Below, one piece after another: positions 17,468-28,825 of a DNA stretch of 64,000 nt. The notes below the pieces were generated by a model that was not told the DNA's origin, did not search any database, and saw nothing but the letters and a program-made list of their open reading frames with translations. How positions within the stretch are numbered: the first letter of the stretch is position 1; every line of letters begins with the position of its first letter. Position numbers and translations under genes: made by a program. Source of the DNA: an uncultured Rikenellaceae bacterium (GTDB lineage Bacteria; Bacteroidota; Bacteroidia; Bacteroidales; VadinHA17); contig CAZTJT010000007.1 in assembly GCA_964613785.1 (NCBI GenBank), positions 64,153 through 128,152 of the forward strand. The letters run 5' to 3'.

Positions 17468-18949
17468 ATGCAGAATGAAAATCACCTCCTGAAAAAAAGG
17501 GTAAACCTTTTTGACGGTGTATCAATTGTGGCCGGCGCAATGATTGGATCCGGTATATTCATTGTAAGTGCGGATATTGCCAGAACAGTCGGATCTCCGG
17601 GTTACCTGATGGTAGTCTGGCTGATCACTGGCCTGCTCACAATCATTGCAGCAGTAAGTTATGGTGAACTCGCCTCAATGATGCCTCATGTCGGGGGACA
17701 ATATGTATACCTCAAAGAAGCCTATCATCCGCTTGTGGGATTTCTTTTTGGGTGGACAACCTTTCTTGTTATCCAGTGTGGATCAATTGCTGCGGTGGCT
17801 GTAGCTTTTGCCAAGTTCTCTGGTGTCCTCTTTCCCTGGATATCCGACAGCAACGTTCTTGCTAATGCCGGTCCCATAAGAATTTCAAGTACCATGGTTG
17901 TCGCTATAGCAATGATAGTATTCCTGACATGGCTTAATACACGAGGTATTGTTACAGGTAAAACAGTGCAGAACTTCTTCTCCTCCACAAAAGTCATTGC
18001 TCTGTTCGGGTTTATCCTTGTGGGATTTTTTGCCACCAGAGGAATCAGCTCATTTGAAATAAACAAAGAGGTCTTCTGGCAGGCCAGCCAGGTGGGCCCC
18101 GGAAACCAGATTGTTCCCCTTGCAGGATTCGCCCTTATAGCTGCTATTGCAACAGCACTGGTGGGATCACTTTTTGCATCAGATGCATGGTATGATGTTA
18201 CCTTTATTTCAGGGGAAGTTATTAATCCAAAGCGGAATGTGCCTCTTAGCCTTGTACTTGGTACCGCAATCGTTTCGGTGATATATCTGCTTACAAACCT
18301 GGTTTATATTATGATACTTCCGCTTTCTGGTTCGCCCGACGGTACCGACACGCTCAGCCGCGGCATCCAGTTTGCCACCGACGACCGTGTGGCAACGTCA
18401 GCAATGAGCGTTGTTTTTGGTGACTATGCAGCAATAATTATGGCTATTTTCATAATGATAAGCACTTTCGGATGCGACCACGGCCTGATCCTTGCAGGTC
18501 CAAGAGTCTATTATGCAATGGCTCGTGACGGACTCTTTTTCAGAAAAGTGGGAGAGATCAACAGAAAGGGAGTGCCAGGTTTCGCAATCGCAATCCAGGG
18601 AATATGGTCGGTACTGCTTTGCCTCTCGGGAACATACAGTGACCTTTTAGATTATGTTATATTCGCTGTGCTGCTGTTTTTCTCGCTTACAATTCTTGCA
18701 ATTTTCATACTGAGGGTAAAAAGACCCGAACTCCCACGACCCTATAAATCCTTCGGCTATCCTATCATCCCCGCCCTCTATATTCTGACAACAACTTTCA
18801 TTATGATAATCCTGTTGATCTATAAACCAAAATATACTTTCCCGGGACTGGTGATTGTCCTGCTTGGTATCCCCGTTTTTTTCCTGTGGAGAAAGTATTC
18901 AAAGAGTTATGGAACCGTTCAGGAATTAAATCAAAATGAGAACCAATGA
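17468..18949 (+). CDS. APC-superfamily amino acid permease
   Basis: 493-aa ORF with about 12 hydrophobic helices. GAMIGSGIF and GELASMMP blocks are typical of amino acid permeases. Confidence 0.85.
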   Translation: MQNENHLLKKRVNLFDGVSIVAGAMIGSGIFIVSADIARTVGSPGYLMVVWLITGLLTIIAAVSYGELASMMPHVGGQYVYLKEAYHPLVGFLFGWTTFLVIQCGSIAAVAVAFAKFSGVLFPWISDSNVLANAGPIRISSTMVVAIAMIVFLTWLNTRGIVTGKTVQNFFSSTKVIALFGFILVGFFATRGISSFEINKEVFWQASQVGPGNQIVPLAGFALIAAIATALVGSLFASDAWYDVTFISGEVINPKRNVPLSLVLGTAIVSVIYLLTNLVYIMILPLSGSPDGTDTLSRGIQFATDDRVATSAMSVVFGDYAAIIMAIFIMISTFGCDHGLILAGPRVYYAMARDGLFFRKVGEINRKGVPGFAIAIQGIWSVLLCLSGTYSDLLDYVIFAVLLFFSLTILAIFILRVKRPELPRPYKSFGYPIIPALYILTTTFIMIILLIYKPKYTFPGLVIVLLGIPVFFLWRKYSKSYGTVQELNQNENQ

Positions 18950-20325
18950 GTCTGCCAGGTAAGTTCATACAAAGACTCAGCAATCAGGAATATATTAATG
19001 CCTCAGCACTGCAGGCAGCTTTGATGAATCAATCTCCTTCAAGCATCAGAATAAATGATGTGAAATGGCACAGACAACCTGCAGGGTCAGAACCGGTGCC
19101 ATGGTGCAAGAATGGATTTTACATCGGGGAAAGACCTTCTTATACCTTCGATCCTCTATATCATGCAGGATGCTATTATCCACAGGAAGCGTCAGGAATG
19201 TTCATCGAACACGTCTTCAGAAGTATGTTCGGGGAAAACGAAAAACTTAAAATACTAGACCTTTGCGGAGCTCCGGGGGGAAAAAGTACCCACCTGGCTT
19301 CACTTGTAATGCAGCGTGGATTTGTGGTGACAAACGAGGTCATCAGATCAAGAGCACTGACCCTCGCTGAAAACATTGCAAAGTGGGGAACTTCAAATGC
19401 CATTGTAACACAAAGCGATCCCAAAGCCTTCGGTAACCTGGAAGGCTTTTTCGACCTGATGCTGATCGATGCTCCCTGTTCGGGAGAAGGAATGTTCAGG
19501 GATCCTGTTGCTGTAAGAGAATGGTCAGAAGAGAATGCTTTGCTCTGCGCCGAACGGCAGAAAAGGATCCTTATGGATGCATGGCCCTCTCTTAAGGAGG
19601 GAGGCGTTCTCATCTACACCACCTGCACTTTTAATCCGGCAGAGAATGAGTATAATATTAAATGGCTGACTGAAAAACAGGGTGTAGAGTCAGTGAGAAT
19701 AAACATCTCAGATTACAATGCTGTGACAGAGATTGAACATAAGGGCGTTTATGGATATGGTTTCTTTCCGGGCAGAATTAAAGGAGATGGCCTGTTTGTC
19801 TCGGTATTGAGAAAAAAAGAAAAAATGATCAAAAAGTTGATATATAGCAATAAAAAATATGATTTAAATCTATCTAAGAATGATTTTTTATCAATAAAAA
19901 AGTTGATAAATATTAACTATGGCGATCTGATAAAAATCGGGAACGATATTTTTAGGGTTCCCTGTGAAATTTCTGAATATGTGTTACTTAGTAATTGTGT
20001 CCGGATCATGAGTCCCGGAACGAAGATATGTAGTCTTAAAGGAAATAACTACCTGCCCTCTCACGAGCTGGCCCTTTCAATTGAAATGGAAAAGAATTCG
20101 TTTCCTGTAACCGAACTTGATTATGAAAATGCAATTAAATATCTGAAAAGAGGCAATCTGAGTATTAACATGAGTATGGAAGGGTGGTTCATCGTAACCT
20201 GGATGGGAGTAAACCTGGGTTTTGCAAAAAACGTCGGAAGCCGTGTCAATAATTACTGGCCGGTTGAATGGCGAATTCGTATGCAGGATCCTCCCACCGG
20301 GGCTAAGCCTGTAAGCTGGGTTTGA
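18946..20325 (+). CDS. RsmB/RsmF-type (NOL1/NOP2/Sun) RNA cytosine-C5 methyltransferase
   Basis: 459-aa ORF overlapping the permease stop by 4 nt (ATGA). Motif I is LDLCGAPGGKS, motif IV DAPCSGEGMFR and motif VI YTTCTFNPAENE, including both catalytic Cys. Confidence 0.8.
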   Translation: MSLPGKFIQRLSNQEYINASALQAALMNQSPSSIRINDVKWHRQPAGSEPVPWCKNGFYIGERPSYTFDPLYHAGCYYPQEASGMFIEHVFRSMFGENEKLKILDLCGAPGGKSTHLASLVMQRGFVVTNEVIRSRALTLAENIAKWGTSNAIVTQSDPKAFGNLEGFFDLMLIDAPCSGEGMFRDPVAVREWSEENALLCAERQKRILMDAWPSLKEGGVLIYTTCTFNPAENEYNIKWLTEKQGVESVRINISDYNAVTEIEHKGVYGYGFFPGRIKGDGLFVSVLRKKEKMIKKLIYSNKKYDLNLSKNDFLSIKKLININYGDLIKIGNDIFRVPCEISEYVLLSNCVRIMSPGTKICSLKGNNYLPSHELALSIEMEKNSFPVTELDYENAIKYLKRGNLSINMSMEGWFIVTWMGVNLGFAKNVGSRVNNYWPVEWRIRMQDPPTGAKPVSWV

Positions 20326-20350
20326 AAACATGTAATAGAAAATATTTTTG

Positions 20351-21481
20351 ATGGAGGAACCGTTTCAGATATTTATTAAGCCTTCAGGTCCACTCTGCAA
20401 CATGGCATGTGACTATTGTTATTACCTGGATAATAAGTCTTTATATCCTGCCTCCACATCATTTAAGATGAATCAACAGGTCCTCGAGAATTATATCATT
20501 CAGCATATTGATGCTTCATACGAAAGTACCGTAATGTTTTCCTGGCATGGTGGTGAGCCGTTGCTGGCGGGAATCGACTTTTTCCGAGAAGCCGTTAGGT
20601 TACAGAAGAAATACCGGCCGTCGGGCACTGTAATTCTTAACGGCATTCAGACCAATGGGACACTTATCAACGATAAATGGTGCCGCTTTTTTGCAGACGA
20701 AAATTTCATGATTGGCATTAGTCTCGACGGCCCCGGGCAATATCATGGACGATTCAGAAAGGACTTAAATGGGAAATCTTCATTCGAAAAGGTTATTAAC
20801 AACCTGAAACTTCTGAATGAATTCAGAATTTCCCATGAGATTCTATGTGTGGTAAGTTCATTCAACGCCCCGTTTCCTCTCGATGTTTACAGGTTTTTCA
20901 GAGAGCTTGGCACAGAATTCATAACATTTCTACCCCTGGTGATTAAGGTACCCGGAACAAAATCAACTGTAACCGATAGTACGGTAAAACCTGCGGAGTT
21001 TGGAGATTTTCTTATTGCTGTTTTCGACGAATGGCTCGAACATGATATTGGCAGGATCAAGATCCAGATCGTCGAAGAGACTCTTCGTTCAGCTTTCAGC
21101 CATGACCATACTCTTTGCATCTTTAAAGAGAACTGCGGAAGGGTCCCTGTCGTTGAACATAATGGAGATTTCTATTCATGCGACCATTTTGTAGATGCTT
21201 CTCACCTGATTGGCAATATCATGGAGGATACCCTGGAAGAGTTGCTGAATAACCAAAAGCAGATTGCTTTTGGCAGGGCAAAGTATTATACTCTTCCTGA
21301 TTATTGCAGGAAATGCGAAGTGTTGAAATTGTGCAATGGAGAGTGCCCGAAAAACAGGTTCATCCTTACCCCCGAAGGCGAGGAAGGATTGAATTACCTG
21401 TGCCAAGGGTATAAGAAATTCTTTAATCACTGCCGCCCGTTCATTAAATCGGTTGCTGAGCTATGGTCGGCCAGGGAATGA
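20351..21481 (+). CDS. Anaerobic sulfatase-maturating enzyme-type radical SAM/SPASM protein
   Basis: Start moved to ATG 20351; the track begins at TTG 20348. CNMACDYCYY is the CxxxCxxC cluster. The Cys-rich C-terminus CRKCEVLKLCNGECPKNR is SPASM-like. Confidence 0.85.
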   Translation: MEEPFQIFIKPSGPLCNMACDYCYYLDNKSLYPASTSFKMNQQVLENYIIQHIDASYESTVMFSWHGGEPLLAGIDFFREAVRLQKKYRPSGTVILNGIQTNGTLINDKWCRFFADENFMIGISLDGPGQYHGRFRKDLNGKSSFEKVINNLKLLNEFRISHEILCVVSSFNAPFPLDVYRFFRELGTEFITFLPLVIKVPGTKSTVTDSTVKPAEFGDFLIAVFDEWLEHDIGRIKIQIVEETLRSAFSHDHTLCIFKENCGRVPVVEHNGDFYSCDHFVDASHLIGNIMEDTLEELLNNQKQIAFGRAKYYTLPDYCRKCEVLKLCNGECPKNRFILTPEGEEGLNYLCQGYKKFFNHCRPFIKSVAELWSARE

Positions 21482-21502
21482 AAATACGTTTCGTAAACCT
21501 TT

Positions 21503-22363
21503 TCAATCTTTTAGTTTCTCTTTGAAGAATGACACAGTTCGCTCCCATGCCAGTTTAGCAGCTTTTTCGTTGTACCGGTCGGGATTGGTATCATTATTGA
21601 ATGCATGAGATGTTCCTTCATACATGAATATTTTATATTCTTTCCCGTATTTCTTTAATGCCTCTTCGAACGCTTGTATTCCGGCATTTATTCCAGGATC
21701 ATTCTCAGCATAGTGTGCCATTATCGGAGCCTTTATCTTTTCCACATCCTCAGGCGCCGGCTGCCTTCCATAGTAGGGTACAGCGGCATCCAGGTCAGGG
21801 GCGTTGACAGCAACCTGGTTAGTCATTGCACCTCCCCAGCAAAATCCGGTGCAGCCAACTTTACCATTTGTCAGTGGATTGGTTTTTAGGTATTTTACGG
21901 CTGCCACAAAGTTTTTCGTCGTTTCTTCATTATTGAGCTGTTTGAACATTACACCTACGTTGCTAATATCATCAGGAGTTCCGCCAACAGGAGAGAGTGC
22001 ATCAGGGGCAATGGCAAGAAAGCCTTCACCTGCCATTCTCCTGGTTACATCCTGAATATGTGGAACAAGTCCCCTGTTCTCGTGAATCACGATGACAGCC
22101 GGGAACTTATTGCCTTTTACTGGCCTGGCCAAGAATGCCCTCATATCTCCTGTGAATCCTGGATATTTAATGAATTTGGTTATCAGATCGCTGTTTGATT
22201 CGCCGTTAAAACCTGGTCTTAATTCGTTCTCCTCCATTACGGGAATAATAGAAAGAGCAGCAGCACTGCTTCCAGTTATCATTGCAAGCTGCCTGATGAA
22301 GCTGCGACGGCTCCTCTTCCCATACCTGTTTTCAATGAATAATTTATGGATTTGGTTTTTCAT
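21503..22363 (-). CDS. Tat-exported dienelactone hydrolase family protein
   Basis: The track ORF begins at TTG 22390, but ATG 22363 gives MKNQIHKLF. SRRSFIRQLAMITGSSAAAL is a Tat signal. The nucleophile block is GCTGFCWGG. Confidence 0.85.
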   Translation of the reverse strand: MKNQIHKLFIENRYGKRSRRSFIRQLAMITGSSAAALSIIPVMEENELRPGFNGESNSDLITKFIKYPGFTGDMRAFLARPVKGNKFPAVIVIHENRGLVPHIQDVTRRMAGEGFLAIAPDALSPVGGTPDDISNVGVMFKQLNNEETTKNFVAAVKYLKTNPLTNGKVGCTGFCWGGAMTNQVAVNAPDLDAAVPYYGRQPAPEDVEKIKAPIMAHYAENDPGINAGIQAFEEALKKYGKEYKIFMYEGTSHAFNNDTNPDRYNEKAAKLAWERTVSFFKEKLKD

Positions 22364-22525
22364 GGTTAAGGAAATTACTGGATTACTCAATTCTATTAAG
22401 TTACAAAAATTTTTGGAGTAAAAAAAAGACAGATAATTACTAAATGGATTAAATATTTACATCTTAAACAGTAATCATAAACTGCGGAAAAGTTTGTTAT
22501 CTTTCGCAGCGAAAACACCATTATC

Positions 22526-24202
22526 ATGAAGAAGGACATTGAAATTGCGCAGGAAGCTAAAATAAAACCTATTGCTGAAATTGCAGAAATTCTCGGTATA
22601 CCGGGAAATGAATTGGAACCATATGGCAAATACAAGGCCAAGATACCCTTATCATTCATAAATGAAGAGATGGTGAAGAAGTCACGATTGATACTCGTTA
22701 CAGCAATAACCCCTACACCTGCAGGTGAAGGTAAGACAACAACTTCGATAGGTCTTGCCCAGGCTCTCAACAGGCTTGGCAGAAAGACTACGGTTGTGCT
22801 GCGTGAGCCATCTCTTGGCCCCGTCTTTGGGATTAAAGGAGGTGCTGCCGGCGGTGGTTATTCGCAGGTAATCCCCATGGAAGATATTAACCTGCATTTT
22901 ACAGGCGACATATCGGCAGTTGAGAAGGCTCACAATCTTCTCGCAGCACTTATTGACAATAATATCCAGCTTAAAAACGGCGACGGTAACCTTGGGATAG
23001 ATCCGAGGACCATCGAATGGAAAAGGGTGATGGACATGAATGAGCGATCACTTAGGGATATTGTAATTGGCCTCGGAGGACCTACTGAAGGTGTTCCCCG
23101 CCAGTCGGGTTTCAATATCACCGCAGCTTCGGAAGTTATGGCTACCCTCTGCATGGCCAATGACCTGTCAGATCTGAAAAAACGCCTGGGAAATATCTTT
23201 GTCGGCTATACCTTTGCCGAAAAACCTGTCTTTGCCCGCGATCTGAAAGCTCACGGGGCAATGGCAGCACTACTAAAGGAAGCAATAAAGCCGAACCTTG
23301 TTCAGACACTCGAAGGAACACCAGCTATCATTCACGGCGGACCCTTTGCAAACATTGCCCAGGGAACAAATTCAATAATCGGCACAAAAATGGGAATGTC
23401 ACTTAGTGAATATGTTGTCACCGAAGCAGGTTTTGCAAGTGAGCTGGGAGCTGAAAAGTTCTTTGATATCAAATCGAGGGTCGGAAATCTTAAAGCTAAT
23501 GCCGTTGTTATTGTAGCAACAGTGAGAGCCCTTAAGTATCATGGTGGTGCAAAACTATCATCATTGCAGAATGAGGATCTTAATGCATTACATAAGGGAT
23601 TTGAAAACCTCGACAAACACATCGAGAATATGCGGTATTTCGGATTCAGGCCGGTAATAGCCATCAACAGATTTGATTCAGATACCGACGCAGAGCTCGA
23701 CATGCTGAAAAAACACTGCGAATCACAACAGGTTAAGGTAGCCATGAATGAGTCATGGTCAAGGGGAGGAACCGGAGCAATGGAGCTTGCCGAAAAGGTG
23801 ATTGAGGAGATATCAGAATGTAAAGACTGTTTCAGACCATTGTATGAGCTTGAATGGCCTTTTGAAAAGAAGATTGAGACCATTTGCAAAAAAATGTATG
23901 GCGCCGATCATGTGGAGTATACCGTCAAGGCAAAAAATCAACTCGACAAGATTGATCAGCTTGGATTTGGAAATCTTGCGGTGTGCATAGCTAAAACCCA
24001 GAAATCACTTTCTGATGATCAAAATAAGCGCGGCCGTCCACAGGGATTTACTGTTAAGATAAGGGAAGTCGAACTTTCATCTGGCGCAGGTTTTATAGTC
24101 CCGATCGCAGGTACTATAATGAGAATGCCGGGGCTTCCCAACTCACCTTCGGCAGAAAAAATCGATATTGATTCCGAAGGACGTATATCAGGGTTGTTTT
24201 GA
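22526..24202 (+). CDS. fhs: Formate-tetrahydrofolate ligase
   Basis: 558-aa ORF. P-loop TPTPAGEGKTTTSIGL and full-length resemblance to formyltetrahydrofolate synthetase. Confidence 0.95.
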   Translation: MKKDIEIAQEAKIKPIAEIAEILGIPGNELEPYGKYKAKIPLSFINEEMVKKSRLILVTAITPTPAGEGKTTTSIGLAQALNRLGRKTTVVLREPSLGPVFGIKGGAAGGGYSQVIPMEDINLHFTGDISAVEKAHNLLAALIDNNIQLKNGDGNLGIDPRTIEWKRVMDMNERSLRDIVIGLGGPTEGVPRQSGFNITAASEVMATLCMANDLSDLKKRLGNIFVGYTFAEKPVFARDLKAHGAMAALLKEAIKPNLVQTLEGTPAIIHGGPFANIAQGTNSIIGTKMGMSLSEYVVTEAGFASELGAEKFFDIKSRVGNLKANAVVIVATVRALKYHGGAKLSSLQNEDLNALHKGFENLDKHIENMRYFGFRPVIAINRFDSDTDAELDMLKKHCESQQVKVAMNESWSRGGTGAMELAEKVIEEISECKDCFRPLYELEWPFEKKIETICKKMYGADHVEYTVKAKNQLDKIDQLGFGNLAVCIAKTQKSLSDDQNKRGRPQGFTVKIREVELSSGAGFIVPIAGTIMRMPGLPNSPSAEKIDIDSEGRISGLF

Positions 24203-24341
24203 TAATCTAATTTCCAAAGTCTTGCATAACCGCCTCACATAAGCGGAAACAAATCTTCCTGATGCATTTAATTTGGCTCTAATTTTAATTTTGGCTACAT
24301 TAGAGGCTTAAAAACATTAAAAGACTTGTTTAAGGAAATTT

Positions 24342-24420
24342 CACAGAGAGGCACCGAGAAGGCACAGTAAACCACTGAGTCAACATAATTTTTCTCCGTG
24401 AAACTCCGGTGTCCTCCGTG
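24342..24420. repeat. Phased-word inverted element, copy 3 (opposite orientation)
   Basis: Left-arm words are CACAGAG 24342, CACCGAG 24352, CACAG 24363 and CACTGAG 24373, spaced 10, 11 and 10 bp. Right-arm words are CTCCGTG 24394, CTCCGGTG 24404 and CTCCGTG 24414, spaced 10 and 10 bp. Confidence 0.8.
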
Positions 24421-24506
24421 TAATTCCATGGCAAAAGATTTGTCTATTTGAAATTCGTAAGATCTCTTTTAGTAGTGGATTAAAATATGATTTTACAGTT
24501 ATATGA

Positions 24507-24567
24507 AACCCACATGTTTTGCAAACACAAACACTCATAAATATAATTTTATAAAACATGTGTGGTT
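24507..24567. promoter_or_regulatory. Imperfect inverted repeat upstream of the porin-family gene
   Basis: AACCCACATGTTTT (24507-24520) and AAAACATGTGTGGTT (24553-24567) are complementary apart from a 2-nt indel. The right arm ends about 30 nt before the ATG. Confidence 0.35.
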
Positions 24568-24597
24568 CCATCATACCTTTAAAATCAAAATTATATT

Positions 24598-25233
24598 ATG
24601 ATGAAAAGAATTACAATATTACTTGCAATAATTCTCACAACCCTCAATATCCTTGTCGTTGAAGGTCAGTCAAGATATTACCGCAAAAAGCAGCCAAAAT
24701 TAGGTTACGGGATAAAGGCAGGTGTTAATTATGCAGGGCAGTCAACCACTAACAAGGCTGCCGAATATAACACTACTAATATACTTGGCATAAATGCCGG
24801 AGGGTATGTCAACTATTTCCTTCTTAGACCTTTTGCCGTTCAGGCTGAACTGATGGTATCTGGAAAAGGATCGCACTGGCAGGATAACTATGATAATGAA
24901 AAAGATATTGTCACCTACATTGACCTGCCAATCCTGCTTCGTTACCAACCCTTAAATTTCCTGAATATTCATGCTGGCCCGCAGATAGGTCTTATGCTGA
25001 ATGCCAAACAAAAGGATATGGAAACAGGAATAAAAATCAATATAAACGATTATTACCAGAACTTCGACTACGGATTTGTTTTTGGTGCTGAAGCAAATCT
25101 TCCGAATAACCTGAACCTTACCCTGAGATACATAATGGGTTTATTCTCGGCAACTACCGACATAATGTATGTTGATCCATGGAAAAATAACCTTATCCAG
25201 ATATCACTTGGTTACAGAATTACTGGGAGATGA
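24598..25233 (+). CDS. Small outer-membrane beta-barrel (porin-family) protein
   Basis: 211-aa ORF with a signal peptide, an alternating hydrophobic strand pattern and terminal strand ISLGYRITGR. Confidence 0.7.
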   Translation: MMKRITILLAIILTTLNILVVEGQSRYYRKKQPKLGYGIKAGVNYAGQSTTNKAAEYNTTNILGINAGGYVNYFLLRPFAVQAELMVSGKGSHWQDNYDNEKDIVTYIDLPILLRYQPLNFLNIHAGPQIGLMLNAKQKDMETGIKININDYYQNFDYGFVFGAEANLPNNLNLTLRYIMGLFSATTDIMYVDPWKNNLIQISLGYRITGR

Positions 25234-25358
25234 TATCTTAAACAGGCAAAAAGGTGCCTTAATCGTTTGAATCATATTGATCCTGCTCCGATAACCGAAT
25301 TGCGGTGAAATCTTCGGATATGGAATCAGGAGAATTTTTAAACAGATGCTAATTATGA

Positions 25359-28643
<3,285 letters not shown>

Positions 28644-28647
28644 GTAA

Positions 28648-28733
28648 GGGTTGCCGGGTTGAATGTTTGATGGGTTGAATAGGAGAATGGGTGAATGGGC
28701 GATGGAGCAGGAACAAGGGAGCAATGGACTGGG
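28648..28733. repeat. G-tract word array (GGGTTGAAT / GGGTGAATG / GGGCGATGG)
   Basis: GGG-initiated words lie at 28648, 28656, 28672, 28689, 28697, 28718 and 28731, directly after the lacZ stop. Confidence 0.6.
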
Positions 28734-28825
28734 ATTTCTGCGAAAATATGCTGGAAAATAAGGAGACATCAATGGGTAGGATTATTAAATATTGATATTA
28801 AACATTAAATCATAGAATTATATAA

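Noticed and set aside
20351-21481. Orphan anaerobic sulfatase-maturating enzyme as a sign of a missing sulfatase system
   Set aside because: No sulfatase is in the window. However, a single anSME commonly serves sulfatases scattered around Bacteroidota genomes, so the absence of a neighbour is not informative.
22404-22415. 12-bp perfect palindrome CAAAAATTTTTG in the dienelactone hydrolase / fhs divergent region
   Set aside because: It is pure A/T and expected by chance in AT-rich promoter DNA. It more likely reflects back-to-back TTTG-type promoter boxes than an operator.
28648-28733. G-quadruplex formed by the GGG tracts after lacZ
   Set aside because: The loops between consecutive GGG tracts are mostly 5 to 18 nt and the tracts are only three Gs. 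A stable G4 is doubtful without experimental support.
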